Of a DNA stretch of 64,000 nucleotides, positions 37,802 through 50,825 are shown one piece after another. The stretch spans positions 3,598,001 to 3,662,000 of the forward strand of contig CM075992.1 in the NCBI GenBank assembly GCA_038087875.1. Reading direction: 5' to 3'. Both the position numbers and the translations under genes were made by a program. How positions within the stretch are numbered: position 1 is the first letter of the stretch; each line of letters starts with the position of its first letter. The stretch comes from Malacoraja senta. Its lineage: Eukaryota. The notes beneath the pieces are model-generated. The model was not told the DNA's origin, did no database searches, and saw only the letters and a list, made by a program, of their open reading frames with translations.

Positions 37802-39140
37802 ATCTTGCACCACTCTGCAGCATTTGACTGCTCAAGGTCTCTCCTTGTACCTCTTAGCTCGGAGTCTGGACTCTTCAACCCAGTCAACTTAGACTGGAGG
37901 AGCCCTGCCTGTAGATTCTGTAGGGATGTTGTTCAATCTCTCTCTCACGCAAACTCCGTACAGACAGCACCCGCAGTCGGGATCAAACCCGGGTCTCTGG
38001 CGCTGGAAAGGGCCTGTCCCACTTACGCGAAGGAACGTTGGACACTGGCGTAGGGCAGAGGGGACAGGGAGGTCCTACAGGAACAGTCTGATTGTCCTTA
38101 ATGCATAAGTTCATAAGTTATAGGAGCAGAACCCACACTCCAAAGACGTACGGGTTTGGAGGTTAATTGGCTTTGGTAAAATTGTAAATTGTCCCTAGTG
38201 TGTGGTGTACAAAGTGATGGCTAGTCGGCACAGACTCAGTGGGCTGAAGCATCTGTATCCGCGCTGTATCTCTAAAGTCTAAAGCGTAAAGTCTGCAACA
38301 GCAGAATAACCGAATGAAGTAGATTTAAGAGTCAGAGTAGTTAGCAGCACCTCTACGAATATGGTGTGAGGGAGGTTCATAAGGTCATCGGTTATAGAAG
38401 CAGAATTAGGCCATTTGGCCCATCGTCTACTCCGCCATTCAATCATGGCTGATCTATCTTTCCTTCTCAACCCCATTCTCCTGCCTTATCCCCATAACCC
38501 CCGACACCCGTACTAAATATCAATCTCCGCCTTAAAAATGTCCATTAATTTAGCCAAAATGCAGCCAAAACAAGGGAGACAAAATTATTTTCTTAAATTT
38601 TGACAAGCTTGACGTTCTTTTCATTATATATGATCTCTTTTTATGGGCCAGTATTCAAATGCATTGGATCAAATATTTATTCAACTAATTTATCTTACAA
38701 TAAAAGCAACTATCCATGTTGCCTGTTGTCACATAGCACAAAGTAAACAGAAGAGACATGTTTTGGAAAAAATCTTCTTGATTGAAATGAATAAGCTTAA
38801 AATAATTTCAATTCCTGTCCCATTTACTGGAAAGTCTTCCTGACATTTAATCAAAGGGACTAATTTGCGAATTCTTTGTTAAAGGTCATGTTACTGTTGC
38901 AAGAGTTAAAAGCTTGTGGTTTTAAAATTGGCTCTTCACGGTAGTGCTAACTGTCCTAATCGCATATTCTACCTCCTGGAGGCAGAATGAACTGCAGATG
39001 CTAGAATCTTGAACAATGTACAAAATGCTGGAGGAATTCAGCAGGTCAGGCGGCATCTGTGGAGGGTAAGGATCCAGTTTCTGCCCTCACATTTAGCATT
39101 AAGTGTGGCATGTTGGCGCAGCAGTAGAGTTGCTGCCTTA

Positions 39141-39450
39141 TGGCCCCTGTCCCACGATGCGTGTTTACCCAAGAGCTCTCCCGAGTTAAAAAAAAAAATC
39201 AAACTCGTGGAACCTCATCACGAGTATTTTTTTACTCTTGGAAGTTTTTCAACATGTTGAAAAAACTTCACGTGTTTCACGAGCTTACCGCGTTTCCCGA
39301 GTACCTGCCGTTAGCGTTACGAGCCGTTAAGAGACATCCACGAGCTCCGACGTACCCGTTACGTACATTCTACGTACTTACCACGAGTTTGATTTTTTTT
39401 TAAACTCGGGAGAGCTCTTGGGTAAACTCGCATCGTGGGACAGTCCCACT
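39141..39450. mobile_element. PIF/Harbinger-type MITE
   Basis: ~65-bp TIR CTGTCCCACGATGCG.GTTTACCCAAGAGCTCTCCCGAG. TTA flanks. Confidence 0.88.
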
Positions 39451-39453
39451 TTA

Positions 39454-39685
39454 AGGGCCTATCCCACTTTCACGACCTAATTCACGACCTCTGCCGAGTT
39501 TGCCCTTGACTCATACTCGCAGCATGGTCGTCACGAGGTCGTAGGAGGTCGTAGGTAGGTCGTAGCAGGCTGTGATGCTGGTCGTAGGTACTCGTGGCAT
39601 CAAGTAGGTCGGGGCGTTTTTCTGATGAAAAATGTTCAGGAGTAAAAAAAGTCGTGAATTGGGTCGTGAAAGTGGAACAGGCCCT
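39454..39685. mobile_element. PIF/Harbinger-type MITE (short)
   Basis: TIR AGGGCCT.T.CCACTTTCACGACC.AATTCACGAC. TTA TSD. Confidence 0.88.
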
Positions 39686-40767
39686 TTACAGCGCTTACAG
39701 CACCAGAGACCCGAGTTCGATCCTGGCTACGGGTATTTATCAGTGCAGAGTTGGGACGTTCTCCCCATGACCTGCGTGTGTTTTCTCCAGCTTTCCTCCC
39801 ACACTCCAAAGACGTACAGGTTTGTAGGTTAGTTGGCTTGGTATAAATGTAAAAATTGTCCCTAGTGTGTGTAGGATAGTGTTAATGTGCGGGGATCGCC
39901 GGTCGGTATGGGCTCGGGGGAGAGGGCCAGAGGGCCTGTTTCCGCTCTGAATCTCTAAGCTAAACTAAACTCATCGCACTACACAGTTAATTTTGCAATG
40001 CCTCGCTTCAATTTGCAAAATACTTCAACTGCAATTTCTCTATGCTCACCGGCATTTCTGTCTTTTGAAAGATTCAGAATGTTTATGAAGTTGTGTGAGG
40101 CTTAAGATGCTCTCAAGTCCAAACAAGTAACAGTCAGGAAAATATTCCCAATTAATAATTTCCTTAGGCCAATGGGACTACAACCCATAAACAACAGGCC
40201 AGGTTTCATAGAACTGCATCCAAGATAAACCTATGATGGAACAATAACAACCTCCCCATTATTGAACACATGTGCCTTTTCTTTGAAGTCTCTTCCCATT
40301 ATCTTCCCACTAAATCGACTTCAAGTTTCTCAAGATAATGTCAAAGCTACAAAGTTAAGTTTTGCATTAGCTTTGAATCCACGTTACAAGCAAGAGCAAG
40401 TGGGGACACAAGGAACTGCAGATGTTGGAACCTTGCATAGTGCCGGAGTAACTTAGGATGTCAGGCAGCATCTCTGAAAGACATGGACAGGTAGCATTTC
40501 GGATCGAGATCCTTCTTCAGACTGACGAAGAGTCCAAACGTGAAAAGTTGCCAATCTATGGGCGGCACGATGGCCCAACGGCAGAGTTGCTGCCTTGCAG
40601 CGCCAGAGACCAGGGTTCGATCCTGTGCTGTCTGTACGGAGTTTGTAGGTTCTAACTAGGACTGCGTGGGTTTTCTCCTGGTGCTCCAGTTTCCTTCCAC
40701 ACTCCAAAGACGTACGGGTTTGCAGGTTAATTGGCTTGGGTAAGTTGTAAAATTGTCCCTAGTGTGT

Positions 40768-40821
40768 GGGGTAGAAGATTGCAACCTTCACGTGGTCTGC
40801 CCTGTTTCGACAAATGCAATC
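40768..40821 (+). ncRNA. HDV/CPEB3-like ribozyme fold
   Basis: P1 GGGGUAG/CUGCCCU (A-U replaces the G-C pair of the 23375 copy). Same P2, P3 and L3. J4/2 CAAA. Confidence 0.8.
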
Positions 40822-40907
40822 AACCTGTCGTGCACAATCGAGTAAGATCAAACAGAACAAGTTGTCCTGCAACTTTAGGCTGTGCACGCCATACGCAAGA
40901 AGAAGAA
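40768..40907 (+). mobile_element. 140-bp HDV-ribozyme-headed retroposon, copy 2 (inside an HE1-like SINE)
   Basis: 13-bp TSD GTCCCT(A/G)GTGTGT at 40755-40767 and 40908-40920. (GAA)n tail. Confidence 0.9.
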
Positions 40908-42514
40908 GTCCCTGGTGTGTAGGATAGTGCAAGTGTACGGGGTGATCGCTGGTTGGCGCACATGCACACAAAACACTTCCCAAAGACGTGCGGGTTTGTA
41001 GGTTAATTGGCTTCCATAAATTGTCCCTAGTGTGTGTAGGATAGAACAAGTGTACGGGGTGATCGCTGGTCGGCGCAGACTCGGTGGGCCGGAGGGCCTG
41101 TTTCCACATTGTATCTCTAAACTGAACTAAACTGAACTAACAGTCAGGCAGCATCTGTGGAGAATGATATGGAATTGACAAGATCTCGGAGCTGAAAGCT
41201 GTTTAACAGACACTGCCTGACCATCTGTATGTTCCCATAATTTTCTGTTCAGTCTGTTCAGTCCCTGCCTCAACTACCTTCTCCGGTAGCTCGTTCCATG
41301 CACCCGCCACCCTCTGTGTAAAAGAGTTACCCCTCAGATTCCTATTAAATCTTTCCCCCCTCTCTTTAAAACTATGTCCTCTGGTCCTCAATTCACCTAC
41401 TCTGGGCAAAAGATTTATTGATCTATTCCACTCATGATTTTGTACACCTCTTTAAGATTAATCCTCATCCTCCTGTGCTCCAAGGAATAAAGTCCTGTCC
41501 TGCTCAACCTCTCCCTATAGCTCAGGCCCTCAAGTCATAAATCTCTGCACTCTCTCTATCTCCATGACATCCTTCCTATAGTATGGTGACCAAGGCTGAA
41601 GACAATGCTCTAAGTTTGGTCTTACCAATGAAGGGTTGAAGTCAAGTCACATTTATTTATATAGCACATTTAAAAAACAACTCTCGTTGGCCAAAGTGCT
41701 TTACATTGGTGGAGGTACTAACATTGAAGATGATGGCTTTGAGATGTGACACCAGACCGGAATGGTTGTAATTGAGTTCATTAAATATATGGCTCCAGGG
41801 TGAGTAGGTTCATCGCGTTCCAGTTCCAACCCTCGTTAAATCTCTTTCTTGCTGTTTTTCCCATGACTAATTGAAAGGACCTTTGTATCAACTCAAAATC
41901 CCACAGCCCAGTACTCCCTCCAGCCACCCTGACTCTCAAAACAATGAGCTCATTAGCACCAACTCTCCCACCCTTTGTCTGGTCTTAAGAGGGGACCAGA
42001 CCATCAAATCTTTTCCAACCTCTTCTGACTTTGGGAGCAACTGAAACTGTAAGCAACTGTGGTGCCTACAGTTTCAGATGGTCGTAGACCTACCTAGGGG
42101 CAACGGTGGCACGGAGAGAGAGTTGCTGCCTCACAGCGCCAGAGACCCGGGTTCGATCCTGACTCCGGCTGCTGTCTGGACAGAGTTTGTACGTTCTCCA
42201 AGCGACCATATCAGTCTGACGAAAGGTCCCAACCCAAATCGTCGCCCATCCATGTCCACAAGAGATGTAGAAACAAGGGAACTGCAGATGCTGGTCTACA
42301 AAACAAGACAGAAAAGTGATGGAGTGACTCAGCAAGTCAGGCAGCATCTCTGGAGAACATGGAGAGATAGATAAATACTTTATTTATCCACTTTTCAGGG
42401 AAATTCAGATGTCCTTGCAGCACACTAATAAAAATACAAGATAGATGATATTGATTAACTTTTTGGTGAGTAAGGGCGTCAAAGGTTATGGGGAGAAGGC
42501 AGGAGAATGGAGAT

Positions 42515-42996
42515 CAAGTCAAGTGAGTTTCTTGTCCCTGATAGGACAATGACATTCTTGCTTTGCTTCAGCACACAGAACATAATAGGCGTTTACTACA
42601 AAACAGATCAGTGTGTCCATATACCAAAATATAAATATATACACACATGAATAAGTAAACTGATAAAGTGCAGATAACAGATAATGGGTTATTAATAATC
42701 AGAGTTTTGTCCGAGCCAGGTTTAATAGCCTGATGGCTGTGGGGAAGTAGCTATTCCTGAACCTGGTCGTTGCAGTCTTCAGGCTCCTGTACCTTCTACC
42801 TGAAGGTAGCGGGGAGATGAGTGTGTGGCCAGGATGGTGTGGGTCCTTGATGATGCTGCCAGCCTTTTTGAGGCAGCGACTGCGATAGATCCCCTCGATG
42901 GAAAGGAGGTCAGAGCCGATGATGGACTGGGCAGTGTTTACTACTTTTTGTAGTCTTTTCCTCTCCAGGGCGCCCAAGTTGCCGAACCAAGCCACG
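42515..42996 (-). mobile_element. Rex1/Babar LINE 3' fragment
   Basis: LQKVVNTAQSIIG...DPHHPGH...LPSGRRYRS...RFRNSYFPTAIRLLN. Confidence 0.85.
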
Positions 42997-43796
42997 TTGG
43001 GAGGGAGAAATAGAACAGCCATGACGAATGGCGGAGCAGACCCGATGGGCTGAGTGGCCAAATTGTGCTCCTATGTCTTATGGTCTCATGATCTATGTTT
43101 TGGGTCAGGAGCCTTTCTCAGACTCCGCCGTATGAAGAACGGTCCCGATCTGAAATGTCGCCTGTAACGTCTAGAGATGCTGCCTGTAAACCAGCATCTG
43201 CAGTTCCTTCCGACACGTCATGGTTAAAGGCATCATCCCGATCATTGATTAATCAATTGATTGTTTGAAAGATACAGCATTGGAACAGGCACCAAGGCCA
43301 CCTTGACCATCGACTATTCTGAAGAAAATCCCCAACCTGAAACGTCGCCTATCCAGGTTCTCCAGAGATGCTGCCTGATCCGCTGAGTTACTCCAGCACT
43401 TTGTGTTGTATGCAAGATTCCCACATCTGCAGTGCCTTCAGTGTGTATACGTTGCTGGGTTCCCAATGTTACAACAAAGACTTGGTTTGAAAAGTATTCC
43501 ATTGGCCTTCAGATATCATGGACACTGATCAAAGTGCCTATATTTTGCCGTTGTTGTCACCAAATTCTCCCAGCAACGCCTCTTTGATCTTTGAACACAT
43601 CAACCCTTTAAAGTCAGCCTGCTGCTTGATCTACCCATCAACATTGCATTGATTGGGAGCCAACTAAGGCTGTGGATATGTTAAGTATCTCATCCATCCT
43701 GGAGTGGTTCGGAGATTTACAAGCGGAATCCCTCAGATGAAAACTCTAATCCTTTTATTTGGGATAAATATAAATCTTGCGTAATCATCTCCAAAT

Positions 43797-44165
43797 ACCC
43801 AACGGTATGAATATCGATTTCTCTAATTTCGAGTAACCCTTGCGTTACCTCTCTCTCCGCTCCTTGACTACCCTAGTCGTCCTGCCAGTCCCACTGATTG
43901 CACCCACATATCCCTTCATTATCTCCTCTTCCACAGCCAACAATGGACCATTGTGGGCTCCACCTTTCCTTGGTCATCGGTGCCGGCTCTGATTTGTTCT
44001 GAAGCTTTTCATACAGCACCTCTAGTTTCCCTCTCCCCTGAAGAAGGGTCTCGACCCAAAACGTCACCTTTTCATTTTCTCCAGAGATGCTGCCTGACCC
44101 GCTGAGTTACTCCAGCAATTTGCGTCTATCTTCGGTGTAAACCAGCATCTGCAGTTCATTCCTAG
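43797..44165 (+). mobile_element. Penelope-like 3' end, degenerate hammerhead
   Basis: PNGMNIDFSNF* terminus, then UTR and CTGAAGAAGGGTCTCGACCCAAAACGTC. Confidence 0.75.
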
Positions 44166-44473
44166 ACAACAAGTAATCCAATGGCTGATGGTCGGTGTGG
44201 TCTCGGTGGGCCGAAGGGCCTGTTTCAATGCTGTTTCTCTAAACTAAAATGTAATTGTTTTTCCTAATCAGTCTCATGTCCTTTTGATACAAGTCAAAGC
44301 AATATTGTAGCGGTTACATTATTGCGCGATATTTGTGTATTTCCAAACATGGACAAAGTTAACTTATAGATATTTATGAGACCTGTTTCTTATCTGGTGA
44401 TGTCCTGTGCTGTGCTACCAAATCTTTCATGCCACATCACATGGAATATATTCCGAATGAAATAAAAACTACA

Positions 44474-45003
44474 GGGCGACCTAATTGGCGAGTCTAGATG
44501 AGTTTGAAAACATGTCATGTTGAAGACCTCCTTCGACTATGCAGAAGACCTCCTTCGACTATGTTGAAGACTAGCTTTGACTAGCGATGACTAACTTCAG
44601 GAAAATTGGACACCGAATAGTGGAGAGTGAAGACGACCTCCTTCGATCTCCTTCGACCTCCCTTCGACCATGATGAAGACTATCTACGACTACCTTCGAC
44701 TACCCTCGATTACCTACGACTAACATGCCGACCTACTACGACCTACTTCGACTAAACCTACGAGTAAAAAAAGTATCGATTTTTTCCATGGAGACCTTTT
44801 GTTACTCGCGGGCATTTTTTTTTAACATATTGAAAAAAAACGCCGAGACCTAGCTGAGGCCTCGAGTACGTGGAGACCACTCTCGAGCATGAAGGAGAGT
44901 TACGAAGACCTCCTACGACCTCGTGTCGACCATGCTGCGAGTATGAGTCGAGGGCAAACTCGCCAGAACTCGCGGATTAGGTCGCCCAAGTGGGACAGCC
45001 CCG
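44474..45003. mobile_element. MITE family A, left TIR tip missing
   Basis: Colinear with 12431-12999. Right TIR followed by TTA. Confidence 0.88.
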
Positions 45004-46217
45004 TTACCCCCTTTTTTTTTAATGTGCCAGAGAGTCGCCTATCGACAGGTCTTAAATGTTAAACATCTTTATTTAGTTTTCAGGATAGCTTGCCTGCTGA
45101 CGTCTTTTGATGTACAAAATAATACTGCTCAGTACAGATTAAAAATCGTACTTTCTTCAAAAATCTCCCAGCGTCGTCAGGGACATGATGGAATGATGAA
45201 TGGATGGATACTTTATCATCACATGTGACAGGTCACAGTGATATTCTTTGTTTGGTATGCAAAGTGTTGCCACATAAAGGGCGCCGATAACTAGACAATA
45301 GACAATAGACAATAGGTGCAGGAGTAGGCCATTCGGCCCTTCGAGCCAGCACCGTCATTCACTGTGATCATGGCTGATCATCCCCAATCAGTACCCCGTT
45401 CCTGCCTTTTCACCATATCCGTTGACTCCGCTAGCGTTAAGAGCCCTATCTAGCTCTCTCTTGAAAGCATCTGGAGAATTGGCCTCCACTGCCTTCTGAG
45501 GAAGAGAATTCCACAGATACACAACTCTCTGGGTGAAAATGTTTTTCCTCATCTCCGTTCTAAATGGTCTACCCCATGGCCTACAAAGTAACCCACGCCG
45601 GATCCTCCTTTGTTCTCCCCCCCCCCCCCCCCTTCATGGCAATTGGGTCGAATGGCCTCCTCTTATCCCGTGATCTGCAATGATTCCATTTGGATGCTTA
45701 CATTTGAGTTTGATGCTGCACCTGGAGATTTGCTCAGGATTAGTGGGCGATTCATGTCTAATAAACCAGGCTGGGAGTAAAGTTGTCCATCGAGCGGTAA
45801 ATCTAAACAAACTTTCAACTTTTAACTTCTCTCAGATGTTTTCTCATCTTCGACCTGTTTCACTTTTATCTGTCGAGTGGCCTTTAATCCTCAGTTTTAT
45901 AAGCATCAGGAGGTTTAGGCTGGAGATAGACACAGAGTGCTGGAGTAACTCCGTGGGTCAGGCAGCACCTCTGGCGAACATGGATTGCTGGTCACAGGGA
46001 GGACGTGCAAACTCCACACACAGGCAGCAGCCAAGGTCAGGATCGAACCTGGATCCTAAAGAGGATGGGTTGAAGCGAGACCAGGCAGGTTGAGTGAAAT
46101 AGTTTCTTAATTCGCAAATAAACAAACAGAAACCTGTAAATACGCATGCCTAGTCGAGCTTAAGAACACAGCTCCTGTTGCTGGGAGGAGCGCTGATAAC
46201 TAAAAGCCCGTGAAACT

Positions 46218-46832
46218 TCAGTATAGGAGTAAAGAGGTTCTTCTGCAGTTGTATAGGGCTCTGGTGAGACCACATCTGGAGTATTGTGTACAGTTTTGGT
46301 CTCCTAATTTGAGGAAGGACATCCTTGTGATTGAGGCAGTGCAGCCTAGGTTCACGAGATTGATCCCTGGGATGGCGGGACTGTCATATGAGGAAAGATT
46401 GAAAAGACTAGGCTTGTATTCACTGGAGTTTAGAAGGATGAGGGGGATCTTATAGAAACATATAAAATTATAAAAGGACTGGACAAGCTAGATGCAGGAA
46501 AAATGTTCTCAATGTTGGGCGAGTCCAGAACCAGGGGCCACAGTTTTAGAATAAAGGGGAGGTCATTTAAGACTGAGGTGAGAAAAAACGTTTTCACCCA
46601 GAGAGTTGTGAATTTGTGGAATTCCCTGCCACAGAGGGCAGTGGAGGCCAAGTCACTGGATGGATTTAAGAGAGAGTTAGATAGAGCTCTAGGGGCTGGT
46701 GGAATCAAGGGATATGGGGAGAAGGCAGGCACGGGTTATTGATAGGGGACGATCAGCCATGATCACAATGAATGGCGGTGCTGGCTCGAAGGGCCGAATG
46801 GCCTCCTCCTGCAACTATTTCTATGATCTATG
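46218..46832 (+). mobile_element. CR1 LINE 3' fragment
   Basis: [15 protein letters not shown]...KGYGEKAGTGY. Confidence 0.93.
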
Positions 46833-48019
46833 AAACGAACCCCTGCGGTCATGTGACCTAGCCGACCAATGACGAGGGTTCTGACTTCCCAGCCCCACCA
46901 CTAGGTGCCGCTACAGGGTGACATTTTGGGTCAGAACCCTTCTTTGTCTGAAGAAGGGTCCCAACCCTGAAACGTCACCCATCCTTTTTCTCCAGAGATG
47001 CTTTCTGACCCGCTTAGTTGCTCCAGCACATTGTGTCCATCTATCTTCGGCATGTACCAGCCACTGCAGTTCCTTCCAACACTGGAAATTTAAGCTGTTT
47101 ATCTTTCCTTTTCACTTTATTTAATCCTGTGCCATAGATCTCATTTCAATACGTCACCAAAGTGTCCGATGCTGGGGGGATTCAGTTGTAAATATCTAAA
47201 AATTCTCCAAGTTAGGGGTAGACACTGTGGCACAGTCAGTGGAGCTGCTGCCGCACAGATCCAGATCCATCTTAATCTTAGGTGCTGTCTCTGAGGAGTT
47301 CGCACGTTCTTCTTGTGACTCCCAGTCTGAAGAAGGGTCTCGAGCCGAAACGCCATCTATTCCTTTTCTCCAGAGACGCTGTCTGACCGGCTGAGTTACT
47401 CCAGCACTTTGTCGTCCTGTGACCATGTAGGTTTCCTCCAGGTTCTCCGGTTTCATGGAAAATAGAACATGCGGGAGAATGGGGGTTAGGAGGGAGAGAT
47501 AGATCAGCCATGATAGAATGGTGGAGTAGACTTGATGGTCCGAATGGCCTAATTTGGCTACTATCACTTATTCCCATATGACCTTATGACCTTGTACGTT
47601 TTCCCCATGACCTGCGTGGGTTTTCTCTGGGAGCTCCGGTTACAGGTTTTGTAAGCTGTTGGCTTGGTATGAATGTAAATTGTCCCTGGTGTGTGTAGGA
47701 TAGTGTTAGCGAATGGGGATCGCTGGTCGGCACGGACTTAGGGCCTGTTTCTCCGCTGCATCTCTAAACTAAACTAAACGAAACTCGTTCCATTTTCCAT
47801 GGAATTGCATCTCTTGCAGTTTATGATTAAATGTAAGGCTCTCGCTGTGCCAGACAATCCATTTCACCACACATCATCTTTATTCGATTTGCCTGAGGGA
47901 AATTGGAATGGGACAATTTGTTAAATCTGACGTCCATTGCTGGAATGTAAACAGTTTTTTTTTTAGAGAGACACAAGAACCTGCAAATGTTGAAATCTTG
48001 ATGAGAAACACACAAAGTG

Positions 48020-48332
48020 TTTAGTTTTTAGTTTAGTTTAGAGATACAGCGCGAAAACAGGCCCTTCGGCCCACCGAGTCCGTGCTGACCAGCGATCCCC
48101 GCACATCAACACTAAACTACACATGCTAGCAACAATTTATACTTACACCAAGCTAATTAACCTACAAACCTGTACGTCTTTGGAGTGCGGGAGGAAACCA
48201 AAGATCTCAAAGAAAATCCACGTGATCACGGGAAGAACGTACAAAATTCGTACAGACAGCACCCATAGTTGGGGTCGAAACCGGGTCTCTGGAGCTGTAA
48301 GCGCTGTAAGGCAACAACCCTACCGCTGCGCC
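48020..48332 (-). mobile_element. HE1-like V-SINE
   Basis: Same consensus. Confidence 0.85.
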
Positions 48333-48756
48333 TTCCTCAGCAAGTCAAGCAGCATCTGTGGAGGGAATGGGCAGGAGGGAAACAATAGGCAACCTTTCTG
48401 TGAAATGAACATTAAATGTTTCAATTTTAGGAGAATCTCTAACAACACCCCCCTTCCCTTCCTCTTTCTCCCCCATGCACCCCCGTATCTTCCCCCCTCC
48501 GCTGTGCCCCACCTAGACTTGCGCCGATTTCTCCCCTCTCCCCTCCACCTACATTCCTCCCTCTAGCTTCACAATTCGAAACTCTTCAATCCTTTTGTCT
48601 TGCAACTTTTTATCATCTCTTAACTTCGTCCGACCAATTGCCAATTGCCTATCAAAATCCCTCTCGCCTGTGTTCACCACCAAGCAACCACAGGACTTTA
48701 GTTTAGTTTAGGTGATTGTCACGTGTTCCGAGGTACAGTGAAAAGCTTTTGTTGCA

Positions 48757-49135
48757 TGCTAGCATAATCAAGGACGAGTCTCATCCTGGCCACTCCGTCT
48801 TCTCCTCTCTCCCATCAGGCAAGAGGTACAGAAGTGTGAAAATGCACACCTCCAGATTCAAGGACAGTTTCTTCCCAGCTGTTATCAGGCAACTGAATCA
48901 TCCTACCACAACCAGGTCCTGAACTACTATCTATCTCATTGAAGACCCTCAGACTATTTTTGATTGGACACTACTGGACTTTATCTCGCACTAAACGTTA
49001 TTCATGTTATTCCCTTAATCATGTATCTGTACACTGTGAATGGCTCGACTGTGATCATGTATTGTCTTTCCCCAGAGTGGTCAGCGCACAACAAAAGCTT
49101 TTCACTTAACCTTGGTACACATGACAATAAACTAA
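48757..49135 (+). mobile_element. Rex1/Babar LINE 3' fragment
   Basis: IIKDESHPGHSVFSSLPSGKRYRS...FFPAVIRQLN. The tail runs into (AACTC)n. Confidence 0.82.
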
Positions 49136-49708
49136 ACTCAACTCAACTAAACTCAACTCAACTCAACCAAACTCAACTCAACCAAACTCAACCCAACTCA
49201 ACCCAACTCAACTCAACCAAACTCAACCCAACTCAACTAAACTCAACCCAACTCAACCCAACTCAACCCAACTCAACTCAACTCAACCCAACTCAACCCA
49301 ACTCAACTCAAGTACACTCAACTCAACACAACTGAACCCAACCCAATTCAACTCATGCCAACTCAACTCAACCCAACCCAACTCAACCCAACTCAACTCA
49401 ACCCAACCCTACTCAACCCAACTCAACTTAACCCAACTCAACTCAACCCAACTCAACCCAACTCAACCCAACCCAACTCAACACAACCCAACTCAACCCA
49501 ACTCAACTCAACCTAACCCAACTCAACCCAACTCAACCCAACTCAACTCAACTCAACTCAACTCAACTCAACTCCTCAACTCAACTCAACTCAACTCAAC
49601 TCAACTCAACTCAACTCAACTCAACTCAACTCAACTCAACTCAACTCAACTCAACTCAGCTCAGCCCAGCCCAGCCCAGCCCAGCCCAGCCCAGCCAGCT
49701 CAACTCAA
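49130..49708. repeat. (AACTC/AACCC)n pentamer array
   Basis: Seen directly. Confidence 0.98.
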
Positions 49709-50236
49709 CTGTCAGCGAAAAGACTACGATTATTACAATCGAGCCGTCCACAGTGTGCAAACGCATGATAAAATAAATAACAAAATATTGTTGAGTGCAA
49801 TATAAGGTCCAGTGGCATCAAGGACATAGCATCAAAGGCAGGCTTCACTAGTGATGCTCTCATGTGGACCATGACTAATGAAAGAACCACAAAAGATCTG
49901 AGCAACATTAAGAGTGGTAGCAATGTAATAAAATGGATGAAGAATGATAAAACATGAAAACCCGATTATTGAATTACTGCATGGGTAAGGTATTATTTAA
50001 ACATTGTTAAGGGAACCATAATTAATAATGTGACATTTGTTTAAAGCCAACATTGGGTAATAAATCAAAATAATGGGACTTGCACTGCTTTTTGGATTAA
50101 GCAATTCCCTTTAAGTTATAAAAGTTTTAAATCATTTGAATTCCACTCTGTTTTGTTTAGAAGGAGAGAATTCATCTCAGTGAGTCACGACCCAGACAGC
50201 AGATTACACCAGTGTCTAGCTCGTGAATGGGTATTA

Positions 50237-50708
50237 GAGTTAGAGAGTCATAGAGTGATACAGTCGGGAAACAGGCCCTTCAACCCAACTTGCCCACAAC
50301 GGCCAACAATGTACCAGCTACACTAGTCCCACCCGCCTGCGTTTGGTCCATATCCCTCCAAACCTGTCCTATCCATGCACCTGTCTAATTGTTTCTTAAA
50401 CATTGGGATAGTCCCAGCCTCAACTACCTCCTCTGGCAGCTTATTCCATACACCCAACACCCTTTGTGTGAAAAAGTTACCCCTCAGATTCCTATTAAAT
50501 ATTTTCCCCTTCACCTTAAACCTATGTCCTCTGGTCCTCGATTCACCTACTTTGGGCAAGAGACTCCGTGCATCTACCCGATCTATTCCTCTCATGATTT
50601 TATACACCTCTATAAGATCACCCCTCATCCTCCTGCGCTCCAAGGAATAGAGTCCCAGCCTACTCAACCTCTTCCTATAGCTCAGACCCTCTAGTCCTGG
50701 CAACATCA
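50237..50708 (-). mobile_element. CR1 (HER1-like) 3' fragment sharing its tail with the SINE
   Basis: 128-aa ORF. 3' end GAAGGGCCTGTTTCC...CTGTATC matches the SINE tail. Confidence 0.9.
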
Positions 50709-50825
50709 TTTTTAATTATATTATAGGAGGGCTGAGGTTTGTGAAATCTAGCTGTGTTTCTTTCCCTGCACACATGTACAGAGAGATACGTTGAGGCAAC
50801 ATATGCTTCTGGCTGTAGAAGCAAG

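Larger units (their letters stand above)
39104..39970 (+). mobile_element. HE1-like V-SINE interrupted by two MITEs
   Basis: GAGTTGCTGCCTTA|CAGCGC is split by 39141-39688. Confidence 0.85.

Noticed and set aside
44038..44065. Additional hammerheads (also 1003, 11244, 14332, 47327, 51254, 51606, 52219)
   Set aside because: Conserved core nucleotides are mutated, so these are treated as dead copies.
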